Source: Thermodesulfobacteriota bacterium
GTDB lineage: Bacteria; Desulfobacterota; Desulfarculia; JACQYL01
Reading direction: 5' to 3'
DNA: 64,000 nt
NCBI GenBank assembly: GCA_963675595.2
Contig: CAXXLZ010000002.1
Location: 3,552,001-3,616,000 of the forward strand
Positions 37,729 to 47,834 of the stretch are shown piece after piece. Position 1 is the first letter of the stretch, and every line of letters starts with the position of its first letter. The notes under the pieces were generated by a model. The model did not search any database. It worked only from the letters and a program-made list of their open reading frames with translations, and was not told the origin of the DNA. The position numbers and the translations under genes were made by a program.

Positions 37729-38922
37729 ATGAGTATCGGCATAGATCGTGACAAATGCACGGCGTGTGGCGCCTGTGTGGATGCCTGCCCCTTCGGGGTC
37801 ATGGAAATCGTCGGTGAGACGGCCGTCGTAGGGGACGGCTGTACGCTGTGCGGGGCCTGTGAAGAGGCCTGTGCCTTCGAGGCGATCACCATTGTCCGCA
37901 AGACGGGCTCGAGTGAGGCTGCGGCGGCTTATCAAGGCGTGTGGGTGTTCGCCGAGTACAGAGGCGGCAATATCGCGGGGGTCGCCTTCGAGCTTTTGGG
38001 CGAAGGGCGGAAGCTTGCCGAAAAACTGGGGCAGGAACTGAGCGCCGTGATTCTGGGCGGCTGCCTTGACGGTGCGGCGGAGGAACTTGTCGCCCACGGC
38101 GCCGACCGGGTTTTCGTATTCGACCATCCCGACCTTCTTCATTTCCAGGAAGCTACCTACAGCCGGACCATCGCCGGACTCGTCCGTGAACGAAAGCCCG
38201 CCGTCTTGTTGCTGGGGGCGACGGCCATCGGCCGATCTCTCGCTCCGGGAATCGCGGCTTTGCTGGACACCGGTCTCACCGCGGACTGCACGGAGCTGGA
38301 CATTCGTCCGGAAGATCAGGCGCTGCTTCAGACCCGCCCCGCTTTCGGCGGGAACATCATGGCGACCATCGTTTGTGCGGACCGGAGACCGCAGATGGCC
38401 ACGGTGAGGCCCAAGGTGATGAAACGGGCTTCAAGAATCGAAGGTCACCGGGGCGAAATCATTTCCATGGATTTGCCGTCTGAAGCCGTCGACCGGCGCA
38501 TCCGCGTTCTCGGCACGGTGGCGCAACAAGGCGATCTGGTGAATTTGGCCGAGGCGGACGTGATTGTGGCCGGCGGCAGGGGGATTCAGGAGGAAAAGAA
38601 TTTCGCCTTGCTCAAGGAGTTGGCGGACCTCCTCAACGGTTGTGTGGCCGCCACGCGAGGTGCGGTGGACGCGGGTTGGATCGATTATGCTCATCAGGTG
38701 GGTCAGACCGGCCGAACGGTGAGCCCCAAGTTGTATATTGCCTGCGGCGTTTCAGGCGCGGTCCAACATTTGGTGGGTATGCAGTCTTCCGACGTCATCG
38801 TGGCGATCAACAAGGATCCGGAAGCGCCTATATTCAGCGTGGCCGACTACGGCATTGTGGGCGATCTTTTCGAAATCGTGCCCAAACTCATCCAGCAAAT
38901 AAAGAACTCCTTGGGACAATAA
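37729..38922 (+). CDS. etfA: Electron transfer flavoprotein alpha subunit with an N-terminal 2x[4Fe-4S] ferredoxin domain
   Basis: CTACGACVDACP and CTLCGACEEAC, then GLTADCT, TRPAFGGN, QMATVRP, GGRG, QVGQTG, GVSGAVQHLVGM, AINKD. Confidence 0.93.
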   Translation: MSIGIDRDKCTACGACVDACPFGVMEIVGETAVVGDGCTLCGACEEACAFEAITIVRKTGSSEAAAAYQGVWVFAEYRGGNIAGVAFELLGEGRKLAEKLGQELSAVILGGCLDGAAEELVAHGADRVFVFDHPDLLHFQEATYSRTIAGLVRERKPAVLLLGATAIGRSLAPGIAALLDTGLTADCTELDIRPEDQALLQTRPAFGGNIMATIVCADRRPQMATVRPKVMKRASRIEGHRGEIISMDLPSEAVDRRIRVLGTVAQQGDLVNLAEADVIVAGGRGIQEEKNFALLKELADLLNGCVAATRGAVDAGWIDYAHQVGQTGRTVSPKLYIACGVSGAVQHLVGMQSSDVIVAINKDPEAPIFSVADYGIVGDLFEIVPKLIQQIKNSLGQ

Positions 38923-38962
38923 GTCTTCCCGGTTCCCAATTACCCGCACAGGAGAACATGTC

Positions 38963-39706
38963 TTGGAAGCCACGAATCGAGTTATGCTGATCACGGGGGG
39001 CTCTCGAGGGATCGGCCGCGCCGTCGCCCTGAAATTGGCCCGTCCCGGGGACATTTTGTTGCTCAATCATTATGATAAGGACGACGAGGCGGCTCGAGCC
39101 ACCGCCGCCGAGATCGAACAGCTTGGAGCCTCGGCCCGACTCTATTATTTTAACGTGGGCGACTTCGCGGAAGTCGAACGGTTTGTGGGTGAGATGGTCG
39201 CGGAATTCGGCGGCATCCACGTTCTGGTCAACAATGCGGGTATCACCATGGATGCCATGTTCATTCGGATGAAAGAGGAACAATGGGACCGGGTGATCGA
39301 TGTGAATCTCAAAGGCGTATTCAATTGCACCCAGGCGGTCAGCCGTGCCATGATCAAGCAGAGACACGGGAAGATCGTGAGCATTTCCTCCGTGGTGGGC
39401 GCCATTGGAAATGTCGGGCAGGCGAACTACTCGGCCTCCAAAGCCGGGATCATGGGCTTCACGAAATCCGTGGCGAAGGAACTCGCGTCGCGAAATGTCA
39501 ATGTCAACGCAGTGGCTCCCGGATTCATAGACACCGAGATGACGGCGGTGATCCCTGATAAGATCAAAGAAGGCTTTCTTCGCAACGTTCCGATGAACCG
39601 CATGGGAACGCCGGAGGAAGTGGCCGAGGTGGTGGAGTTTCTGTGTTCGGATCGGGCTCGTTACGTTACAGGCCAGATCATTCATGTCAACGGGGGCATG
39701 TACTGA
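38963..39706 (+). CDS. fabG: 3-oxoacyl-ACP reductase FabG
   Basis: TGGSRGIG, NNAGIT, GN.GQANYSASK, APGFIDTEMT, VNGGM; upstream of acpP. Confidence 0.94.
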   Translation: MEATNRVMLITGGSRGIGRAVALKLARPGDILLLNHYDKDDEAARATAAEIEQLGASARLYYFNVGDFAEVERFVGEMVAEFGGIHVLVNNAGITMDAMFIRMKEEQWDRVIDVNLKGVFNCTQAVSRAMIKQRHGKIVSISSVVGAIGNVGQANYSASKAGIMGFTKSVAKELASRNVNVNAVAPGFIDTEMTAVIPDKIKEGFLRNVPMNRMGTPEEVAEVVEFLCSDRARYVTGQIIHVNGGMY

Positions 39707-39813
39707 TCCGTCTCTTGGAGACGAGTCGGACCGCACCTTGAATTAGTTTGAGCCGAATCGGACACCATCTTGTCCGGGAATTGGATAAACAACATCATTG
39801 GGGGGGAAAAATA

Positions 39814-40050
39814 ATGGCGTCTTACGCGGAAAAAGTTAAGCAGATCATCAGTGATCAGCTGGGAGTGGACCTTGCGGACGTTGTCGAGGAAGCGTCCTTC
39901 GTAGACGACCTGGGTGCCGACTCTCTGGACCTGGTCGAACTGATCATGGCCATGGAAGAGGCTTTCAACGTGGAAATCGCCGATGAGGAGGCTGAGACGA
40001 TTCGAACGGTGAAAGACGCGGTCAGTTATATAGAAAATCACCATCCATAA
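39814..40050 (+). CDS. acpP: Acyl carrier protein
   Basis: [21 protein letters not shown] phosphopantetheine site; start ATG 39814. Confidence 0.96.
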   Translation: MASYAEKVKQIISDQLGVDLADVVEEASFVDDLGADSLDLVELIMAMEEAFNVEIADEEAETIRTVKDAVSYIENHHP

Positions 40051-40067
40051 GAAAAGGACGAACACTG

Positions 40068-41309
40068 GTGTCCAGAAGAGTCGTCATCACGGGCTATGGC
40101 GTGGTTACCCCTCTAGGAAACAACACCGAGGATACTTGGCGTAATCTGATTGCGGGAAACAGCGGCGTCGGCCAAATCACCCTTTTCGAGACCAAAGGGT
40201 TCCGGACCACCATCGGGGCGGAGGTGAAAAACTTCAATCCCGATGATTATCTGGATAAGAAATCCGTCCGCCGTCTTGACCGCTTCATCCATCTCGCCAT
40301 AGCGGCTTCGGACATGGCCGTAACGGATGCGGGGCTGGACATGTCCGAGGTGAACCCCGAAAGGGTCGGGACGTACGTGGGAACCGGACTGGGAGGGTTG
40401 AATTCGATCGAGCATTACCACGCCGTGCTGAAAGAGGCGGGACCGAACAAGATCAATCCTTTCTTCATTCCCATGCTTATCGGTAACATGGCGCCGGGAC
40501 AGATTTCCATCCGGCACGGAACCAAAGGCCCCAACCTGTGCGTTTCCACGGCATGCGCCGCCGGCTCCCATGCCGTGGGTGAATCCTTGAAGCTCATTCA
40601 GGCGGGCATGGCCGACGTGATGATCTGCGGCGGCAGCGAAGCGGTGATTACCCCTTTGGGGCTCGGCGGGTTCTGCGCCATGCGGGCGCTGTCCGAACGG
40701 AACGATGCGCCCGAAAAGGCTTCCCGGCCGTTCGAGAAGAACCGCGACGGGTTCATCATGGGGGAAGGCAGCGGAATCGTGGTGATCGAAACCCTGGACC
40801 ATGCCAAGGCTCGGGGAGCCAAGATTCGGGCCGAGCTCATCGGGTACGGTCTGTCGAGTGATGCCTACCATATGACCGCTCCCGCCCCGGGAGGGACCGG
40901 CGCGGCCCGTTGCATGGAAATGGCTTTAAAGACCGCGGGAATCCGACCGGAAGAAGTGGACTACATCAACGCGCACGGCACTTCCACGGACCTCAACGAC
41001 GTTTCCGAATACCAGGCCATTCGGACGGTTTTCGGTGATCACACGGATCGAATGCCCGTGAGTTCCACCAAATCCATGACCGGCCATCTGTTGGGAGCCG
41101 CCGGAGGGGTGGAGTCCGTTGTCTCCGTGCTCGTAATGGAGCGAGAAATCATCCCGCCGACGATCAATTACGAGGAGCCGGATCCGGAGATTTCGCTGGA
41201 TGTGGTGCCCAATGAAGCCAGGACCGCAACCGTCGACGTAGTCATGAGCAACTCCTTCGGATTTGGAGGCACCAACGCCAGCTTGATCTTTAAGCGTTGG
41301 GCCGAATAG
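40068..41309 (+). CDS. fabF: Beta-ketoacyl-ACP synthase II
   Basis: TACAAG, INAHGTST, KSMTGHLLGAAG, SNSFGFGGTNA. Confidence 0.96.
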   Translation: MSRRVVITGYGVVTPLGNNTEDTWRNLIAGNSGVGQITLFETKGFRTTIGAEVKNFNPDDYLDKKSVRRLDRFIHLAIAASDMAVTDAGLDMSEVNPERVGTYVGTGLGGLNSIEHYHAVLKEAGPNKINPFFIPMLIGNMAPGQISIRHGTKGPNLCVSTACAAGSHAVGESLKLIQAGMADVMICGGSEAVITPLGLGGFCAMRALSERNDAPEKASRPFEKNRDGFIMGEGSGIVVIETLDHAKARGAKIRAELIGYGLSSDAYHMTAPAPGGTGAARCMEMALKTAGIRPEEVDYINAHGTSTDLNDVSEYQAIRTVFGDHTDRMPVSSTKSMTGHLLGAAGGVESVVSVLVMEREIIPPTINYEEPDPEISLDVVPNEARTATVDVVMSNSFGFGGTNASLIFKRWAE

Positions 41310-41398
41310 TGTCGCAGTCACCGTCTGCGTAGAGTGCCCCTCCTGCGGGAATAGAATCCGCCAAGAGATGGGGGCGAACGGAAAGAAGCTCCAAAGTC

Positions 41399-42643
41399 AT
41401 GAAACATCTTAGACAGACCGATCCCGAAGTCGCCGAAGCCATTGAATTGGAAATCCGGCGGCAAAGCGAAAAGCTGGTCCTCATCGCGTCCGAGAACTAC
41501 GTCAGTCCCGCCGTGGCCGAAGCACTGGGTTCCGTGCTGACCAACAAGTATGCCGAAGGATATCCGGGCCACCGGTACTACGGAGGATGCGAGCACGTCG
41601 ATCAGGTGGAGACCCTGGCCATCGAAAGGCTCAAGAGCCTTTTCGGCGCGGATCACGCCAATGTCCAGCCTCACGCCGGTTCCCAGGCGAACATGGGGGT
41701 TTACTTTTCCGTACTGAAGCAGGGTGACACCATACTGGGGATGGACCTCTCCCACGGAGGGCATTTGACCCACGGGAGTCCCGTCAATTTCTCGGGTCGG
41801 CTGTTCAATACGGTGTTTTACGGCGTGGATCGCAACTCGTTCACCATCGACATGGACCAGGTGGAGTCCCAGGCCAAGACGCATCGCCCGGCTTTGATCA
41901 TTGCCGGAGGTAGTTCCTATCCCAGGCTGATCGATTTCGAGGGCTTTTCCCGAATCGCTCGAGAGGTGGGAGCCGTGTTCATGGTGGACATGGCTCATTT
42001 CGCGGGACTCGTAGCCGGAGGAGTCTTTCCGTCTCCCGTGCCCCATGCGGATTTCGTGACCTCGACCACGCATAAAACCCTCAGGGGCCCCCGTGGAGGC
42101 TTCATCCTGTCCACCGGAGAATATGCCAAGAAACTGGACCGATACCTCTTTCCGGGCATGCAGGGCGGTCCTCTGATGCATGTCATCGCCGCCAAAGCGG
42201 TGGCATTCAAAGAGGCTCTGCAACCGGAATTCAGCGATTATGCGCGGCAGATCGTGACCAATGCCCAAGTGATGGCGGCTCGGCTTTCCGAGCGCGGCAT
42301 CGATGTCGTGTCCGGGGGCACCGACTGCCACCTGATGTTGGTGGACCTTTCCAACGTGAACTTGACGGGAGCCAAAGCCGAAGAGGTATTGGATGAGGCG
42401 GGCATCACTCTGAACAAGAACGTCATTCCGTTTGAAAAGAGGAGTCCCAACGAAACAAGCGGCATACGGATCGGTACGCCGGCGGTCACCACGAGGGGAA
42501 TGAAGGAAGGCGAAATGCGTTGGATCGCGGACAGAATCGTGGACGTGCTGTCTAATCCCGATGATCAGGCCCTGGTGGATCGGACACGGGAAGAGGTCAG
42601 GCACCTGTGCGAGAAATTCCCGGTTTTCGGGACGGGAGATTGA
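41399..42643 (+). CDS. glyA: Serine hydroxymethyltransferase
   Basis: [39 protein letters not shown]. Confidence 0.97.
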   Translation: MKHLRQTDPEVAEAIELEIRRQSEKLVLIASENYVSPAVAEALGSVLTNKYAEGYPGHRYYGGCEHVDQVETLAIERLKSLFGADHANVQPHAGSQANMGVYFSVLKQGDTILGMDLSHGGHLTHGSPVNFSGRLFNTVFYGVDRNSFTIDMDQVESQAKTHRPALIIAGGSSYPRLIDFEGFSRIAREVGAVFMVDMAHFAGLVAGGVFPSPVPHADFVTSTTHKTLRGPRGGFILSTGEYAKKLDRYLFPGMQGGPLMHVIAAKAVAFKEALQPEFSDYARQIVTNAQVMAARLSERGIDVVSGGTDCHLMLVDLSNVNLTGAKAEEVLDEAGITLNKNVIPFEKRSPNETSGIRIGTPAVTTRGMKEGEMRWIADRIVDVLSNPDDQALVDRTREEVRHLCEKFPVFGTGD

Positions 42644-42798
42644 TACCGGACGTTATCTGAACGCCCCCTCCTTCAGGCTCGGCAGCTTCCGAAAAGTCCT
42701 TCGGCGTTCCCGCCGAAGGCGGACCCCCTCCTCGGAGCCGGTTCTACGTTAGGTCCAAGCAATGAAATCTCTGTCCTTATTGATGGAGAATCCCCGAC

Positions 42799-43290
42799 GT
42801 GAAATGTCCATTTTGCGGTTCTCTCGAAAACAAAGTGATCGACTCCAGGCTCAGCAAGGAAGGAGCCGCCATACGTCGTAGGCGTGATTGCACGGAGTGC
42901 GGACGCCGGTTCACCACTTATGAGCGGGTGGAAGAAATCCTCCCCATGGTGATCAAGAAAGACAATCGTCGGGAGCCGTACAACAGGGAAAAGGTCCACG
43001 AAGGGATCAAGAAGGCATTGCAGAAAAGGCCGGTCAGCGTGGATGCCGTCATGGCCTTTCTGGACGATCTGGAACGGAGCTTTCAGGAAAGTCAGAAAAA
43101 GGAAATCCCCAGTAAGGAGATCGGCGAAAGAGTGATCCAGCAGCTCAAGGAATGGGACGAGGTGGCCTATGTACGCTTCGCCTCGGTGTACCGGCAGTTC
43201 TCAGACACTGCGGAATTCATGTCCGAGCTGGAGCAACTCATTCTGGATCGTAAGAAGAAAGCCGAGGAGCGTGAGCCGGAAGACGGATGA
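42799..43290 (+). CDS. nrdR: Transcriptional repressor NrdR
   Basis: MKCPFC, VIDSR, RRRRDCTECGRRFTTYER, ATP cone, VAYVRFASVY. Confidence 0.96.
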   Translation: MKCPFCGSLENKVIDSRLSKEGAAIRRRRDCTECGRRFTTYERVEEILPMVIKKDNRREPYNREKVHEGIKKALQKRPVSVDAVMAFLDDLERSFQESQKKEIPSKEIGERVIQQLKEWDEVAYVRFASVYRQFSDTAEFMSELEQLILDRKKKAEEREPEDG

Positions 43291-44368
43291 AGCGTATATG
43301 GCGATGGCTCTTCGCCTGGCCATGAAGGGCTGGGGCCGCACTTCGCCCAACCCCTTGGTCGGAGCCGTTGTGGTGCGCGACGATCAGGTGGTGGGGAAAG
43401 GGTTTCATCCCAAGGCCGGGGAACCCCACGCCGAGAGGATCGCTCTGGAACGAGCCGGCTCTCAAGCACGGGGAGGGACGCTTTACGTTACGCTTGAGCC
43501 GTGTAATCATTACGGTCGGACGCCTCCTTGCACGGAGGCCGTGCTGGCGAGTGGGGTACGCCGGGTAGTCATCGGGCAGACCGACCCCAATCCGGAAGTG
43601 GCGGGCGGAGGCGCTCAACGGCTTCGGGAGGCGGGTATCCAGGTGGAGATCGGCGTCCTGGAAGCACGCTGTCGGCGCCTCAACGAAGCCTTCAATTTCT
43701 TTGTGACCCGGAAACGACCGTTTATCGCCCTCAAGCTGGCTGCGACACTGGACGGAAAGACCGCCACCAAGACGGGGGACTCCCGTTGGATCACCAACGA
43801 ACGTTCCCGAAACTTCGTTCATCGTCTTCGGGGCGGCATGGACTCAATCATGGTGGGCATGGGTACGGTTCGCGCCGACGACCCACAGCTGACCTGCCGA
43901 TGGAAAAATGGCCGCGATCCTTTGCGTGTGGTGGTGGACGGCTCTCTTTCCTTGACCCCGGACCGGAAGATATTCAATCCCGATTCCGAGGCGGGGCTGT
44001 TGGTTTTCACGGGAGTTGCGGCGGATCCCGAAAAGGCGGCCGTGCTGGAAGCCTCGGGAGCCGAGGTTGTCCGTGTCGAAATCGAAAACGGATTTGTGGA
44101 CCTGAAGGCCGTCTTCTCGACGCTGGCCGAGCGTCGCATTCTCTCCGTGCTCATCGAAGGAGGGGGGACGCTGGCGGCGTCGGCGCTTAGGGCCGGGTTG
44201 GTGGATCGCCTTTATTTTTTTTACGCGCCGAAAATCATCGGGGGCAACGGAGCTCCGGGAATGATCGGGGATCTGGGGATCGAGACCATGGCCGAGTGCC
44301 TTCGAATCAAAGATACGAGACTACGTCGGTTCGGAGAAGACTTCATGGTGGAAGTGTCCATCTCCTAA
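43271..44368 (+). CDS. ribD: Riboflavin biosynthesis deaminase/reductase RibD
   Basis: PNPLVGAV, HAE, TLEPCNHYGRTPPC, DGKTAT, DDPQLT, IEGGG; probable GTG start at 43271. Confidence 0.95.
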   Translation: MSRKTDEAYMAMALRLAMKGWGRTSPNPLVGAVVVRDDQVVGKGFHPKAGEPHAERIALERAGSQARGGTLYVTLEPCNHYGRTPPCTEAVLASGVRRVVIGQTDPNPEVAGGGAQRLREAGIQVEIGVLEARCRRLNEAFNFFVTRKRPFIALKLAATLDGKTATKTGDSRWITNERSRNFVHRLRGGMDSIMVGMGTVRADDPQLTCRWKNGRDPLRVVVDGSLSLTPDRKIFNPDSEAGLLVFTGVAADPEKAAVLEASGAEVVRVEIENGFVDLKAVFSTLAERRILSVLIEGGGTLAASALRAGLVDRLYFFYAPKIIGGNGAPGMIGDLGIETMAECLRIKDTRLRRFGEDFMVEVSIS

Positions 44369-44440
44369 CCGGTTCGCAGAAATCGCAATATCGTTTCCGG
44401 ACGCATATTGGGATTTACTCTAACGAGAGGTGCCTCGTTC

Positions 44441-45097
44441 ATGTTTACGGGACTGGTGGAAAGACTGGGAAAGACCCACCGGATCGTGCACAAGGGTGGC
44501 GAAGCCGTACTCGTCCTGGCGGCGGAGTTTCCCGAATCCGTCATTATCGGGGAAAGTATTGCCGTAAACGGGGTTTGCCTGACGGTGACGGGAAGCAGCT
44601 CGGGCGTCCATGAATTCGACGTGTCCGAGGAAACGCTGAAGCGGAGCAATCTGGGCTTCCTGAAGCCGGGAGATCCCGTGAACCTGGAACGGGCCCTCAG
44701 GCTGAACGATCGGTTGGGAGGCCACTTGGTGACCGGTCATATTGACGCCGTGGGGCGGATCCTGATAAAAAAGCGAAGCCTGAGTTCGGTGATCATGAGG
44801 GTGGGAGTTCCCTCGGAGGTTTCTCGCTATCTGGTGCCCAAAGGTTCCGTGGGCGTGGACGGCATCAGTCTTACCGTGAACCGGACCGGGGAAGATTTTT
44901 TTGAAGTTAACCTGATTCCTCACACGGTCGAGGTCACCACCCTCAAGATTCGTGACGAGGGAGATTCGGTAAATATTGAGACGGATCTCATCGGGAAGTA
45001 TGTAGACCGAATGCTGCAGCCGCATTCCGCAGGCGGAGACGGCGAATCCCGAAAAGGCCTGACCCTTGACGCTTTGTCACGTCACGGGTTTCTATGA
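44441..45097 (+). CDS. ribE: Riboflavin synthase (alpha chain)
   Basis: [46 protein letters not shown]. Confidence 0.95.
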   Translation: MFTGLVERLGKTHRIVHKGGEAVLVLAAEFPESVIIGESIAVNGVCLTVTGSSSGVHEFDVSEETLKRSNLGFLKPGDPVNLERALRLNDRLGGHLVTGHIDAVGRILIKKRSLSSVIMRVGVPSEVSRYLVPKGSVGVDGISLTVNRTGEDFFEVNLIPHTVEVTTLKIRDEGDSVNIETDLIGKYVDRMLQPHSAGGDGESRKGLTLDALSRHGFL

Positions 45098-45217
45098 TCT
45101 CTCGTATTCGGTGGGAGCCCGTCGTTTATTTTTAGAGCCTGAAATTCGGTTCGGTAAGCCGTCCCTGCCGCATCCCTGAACATGGGGGCGCGTCTTGCCC
45201 GACCAGCAGAGGTTTCG

Positions 45218-46417
45218 ATGCCGTTAAGCACTATTGAGGAAGCCGTTGAGGACATGCGGGAAGGCCGGATGGTCATCCTGGTGGACGACGAGGATCGCGA
45301 AAACGAAGGTGACCTGACCATGGCGGCCGACAAGGTCACCCCTGAAGCCATCAATTTCATGGCCAAATACGGACGCGGGCTCATCTGTCTTTCCATGTCT
45401 CCGGAAATGTTGGATCGTCTGCACTTGCCCATGATGGTCCAGGACAACACCTCACCTTTTCAAACCGCGTTCACCGTATCCATCGACGCGCGGCAGAATC
45501 CCCACAGCCCCGTTTCCGCCGCGGGACGTGCGCACACCATTTTGAAGGCCATAGACGACTCGGCCGGCGAGGCGGACATCGTTGCTCCCGGATATGTATT
45601 CCCTTTGAGAGCCAAGCCGGGCGGTGTTCTGGTGCGCACGGGACAGACCGAAGGCTCGGTGGATTTGGCGAGGCTTGCGGGGCTTAGACCCGCGGGGGTC
45701 ATCTGTGAGGTGATGAACGAAGACGGCTCCATGAGTCGCATGCCCCAGCTCGAGGTGCTGGCGGAGAAGCTGGATCTCAAAATTGTCACCATCGCCGACC
45801 TCATCGCATACAGGATGAGAAATGAACGTCTGGTCCATCGGGCCGCGGAGGCCGTTCTGCCGACTCCGGCGGGGCGTTTCACCGCCATCGCTTATGAGAA
45901 CGACGTGGACGAGCACCAGCATTTGGCCCTCATTAAAGGTGAAATCAGCCCGGACGACGAGGTATTGGTGCGGGTCCATTCGGAATGTCTCACGGGAGAC
46001 GTGTTCCATTCCCTGCGGTGCGACTGCGGAGATCAGCTGGGGGTGGCGTTGGGCCTGATCGAAAAAGAAGGCAAAGGCGTGCTGCTGTATATGCATCAGG
46101 AGGGGCGTGGCATCGGCCTGATCAACAAGCTGAAGGCCTATTCCCTGCAGGACGAAGGCAAGGATACGGTGGAAGCCAATGAGGCGCTGGGATTCAAAGC
46201 GGACCTCCGGGACTATGGAATCGGGGCCCAAATTCTTGCCGACCTGGGTATCCGAAAAATGAAACTCATGACCAATAATCCTAGAAAAATCATTGGGTTG
46301 GAGGGTTACGGGCTCACTGTGGTGGATCGCGTGCCTCTGGCCGTGCCCGCCAATGAGATCAACTTGAGATACCTGCGCACCAAGTGCGCCAAGCTCGGAC
46401 ACATGTTGGAAGTCTAG
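45218..46417 (+). CDS. ribBA: Bifunctional DHBP synthase/GTP cyclohydrolase II (DHBP half possibly degenerate)
   Basis: [14 protein letters not shown]; [33 protein letters not shown]. Confidence 0.93.
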   Translation: MPLSTIEEAVEDMREGRMVILVDDEDRENEGDLTMAADKVTPEAINFMAKYGRGLICLSMSPEMLDRLHLPMMVQDNTSPFQTAFTVSIDARQNPHSPVSAAGRAHTILKAIDDSAGEADIVAPGYVFPLRAKPGGVLVRTGQTEGSVDLARLAGLRPAGVICEVMNEDGSMSRMPQLEVLAEKLDLKIVTIADLIAYRMRNERLVHRAAEAVLPTPAGRFTAIAYENDVDEHQHLALIKGEISPDDEVLVRVHSECLTGDVFHSLRCDCGDQLGVALGLIEKEGKGVLLYMHQEGRGIGLINKLKAYSLQDEGKDTVEANEALGFKADLRDYGIGAQILADLGIRKMKLMTNNPRKIIGLEGYGLTVVDRVPLAVPANEINLRYLRTKCAKLGHMLEV

Positions 46418-46506
46418 CGCGGACCAGGGGGACGGAGCGTTCTCCTTCCGAATGCGCAGGGAACCCTGCTGCATTTAACAGGTCGTTGAGAAGCCGGAAT
46501 ATTGCC

Positions 46507-46625
46507 GATTGGTGAAAGGCGAAGATAGGCGAGGCGTGCAACATCCCGAGGAATGGGGCGTGATGGAAGTGCGTCGCATGACGTGAGATGAAGCGTAACG
46601 CCGCAGATTGCGTTTTTCACCGATC
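46507..46625. repeat. ~120-bp imperfect inverted-repeat element (MITE/REP-like) between ribBA and ribH
   Basis: Ends GATTGGTGAAAGGCG / CGTTTTTCACCGATC are imperfect inverted repeats; inner pairs GGCGT/ACGCC and CATC/GATG plus an apical hairpin. Confidence 0.55.
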
Positions 46626-46645
46626 CGTAAAGCGGAGGGTATGCT

Positions 46646-47110
46646 GTGGTCACTTATTTCGAAGGCCGTCTCAACGCCGAATCGCTGCGATTCGGCATTG
46701 TGATCAGCCGATTCAATGATTTCATTACATCTCGTTTGCTCGAAGGGGCATTGGACGCATTGATTCGCCACGGTGCGGATGAGAGTCGGATTCATGTGGT
46801 CAAGGTCCCCGGTGCGTTCGAGATTCCCCTGATTAGCCGAAAGATGGCGACAAGCGGCAACTATGATGCGGTGTTGTGCCTGGGCGCGGTGATCCGAGGT
46901 TCCACACCTCATTTCGACTATGTGGCCGCAGAGGTTTCCAAAGGGGTGGCCTCCGTTTCTCTGGAAACCGGTGTTCCGGTGATCTTCGGAGTGCTCACCA
47001 CGGACACCATTGAACAGGCCGTGGAACGAGCCGGTACGAAATCCGGTAACAAGGGTTGGAGTACGGCTATTTCCGCCATTGAGATGGCCAATCTCCTCAA
47101 AGAGCTTTAG
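46646..47110 (+). CDS. ribH: 6,7-dimethyl-8-ribityllumazine synthase
   Basis: [41 protein letters not shown]. Confidence 0.97.
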   Translation: MVTYFEGRLNAESLRFGIVISRFNDFITSRLLEGALDALIRHGADESRIHVVKVPGAFEIPLISRKMATSGNYDAVLCLGAVIRGSTPHFDYVAAEVSKGVASVSLETGVPVIFGVLTTDTIEQAVERAGTKSGNKGWSTAISAIEMANLLKEL

Positions 47111-47216
47111 AATCGTCGCCTTTGCGCCGCGGCAACGGGGCGACGCCCGAAGCCGCGGAGTGCGTTCATCCGCCGCCGGTTAAAAAAGCGGCAACCTCCC
47201 CGGGAATACGACCTCC

Positions 47217-47834
47217 ATGAGTTCTCGCCGGATAATTCGTCCAGAAAATCCCGAAGCTTCTCTCGAATCCGATCGAAAAGTTCGGAAGAGGCGAAAGGAG
47301 AGTGGAGCGCGGGCCGACGCGGCCCCCTCGTCCACGGTTCCGCCGGAGCCTGATGAAACCCCGCAGATTGAAGACGGGGCATCGGTGAACCGTCGACAGG
47401 CCCGGGAACAAATACTCCAGGTTCTCTACATGTTGGACGTCTCCGGATTGCAGGCCGTGGAGGCATTGAGGTTGTTCATCACCTGCCACCTCGGGGGTCG
47501 ACCCATGGACCCGTTCGTTCGGGAGGTTGTGTGTGGAATCTCGGAAAATGGAACGGTTGTGGACCAGACCATTCGGGAGCACTCCGAGAACTGGCGTCTG
47601 AACAGAATGCCCATTGTGGACAGAAACCTGCTGCGACTGGCGGTATTTGAGCTCTTATTTCGGGAGGACATCCCTCCCAAAGTCTCCATCAACGAGGCCA
47701 TCGAGCTCGGAAAGAAGTACGGAAGCGAAGACTCGGGGGCTTTCATTAACGGCATCCTGGACGGTGTTTACCGCAAGTTGAAACGTGAAGCGACCTACAA
47801 GTCGGGAACAGAGAGCGAAGGACCATCCAAGTGA
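47217..47834 (+). CDS. nusB: Transcription antitermination factor NusB (start uncertain; the core begins near GTG 47385)
   Basis: [46 protein letters not shown]. Confidence 0.93.
   Translation: MSSRRIIRPENPEASLESDRKVRKRRKESGARADAAPSSTVPPEPDETPQIEDGASVNRRQAREQILQVLYMLDVSGLQAVEALRLFITCHLGGRPMDPFVREVVCGISENGTVVDQTIREHSENWRLNRMPIVDRNLLRLAVFELLFREDIPPKVSINEAIELGKKYGSEDSGAFINGILDGVYRKLKREATYKSGTESEGPSK

Noticed and set aside
42644-42798. FMN riboswitch or terminator before nrdR-rib
   Set aside because: Only a 9-bp hairpin (42698-42719) with no U-tract and no RFN consensus.
47217-47384. Long charged/Pro-rich N-terminal extension on NusB
   Set aside because: It may be an artefact of start choice; a GTG at 47385 gives a normal-length NusB.
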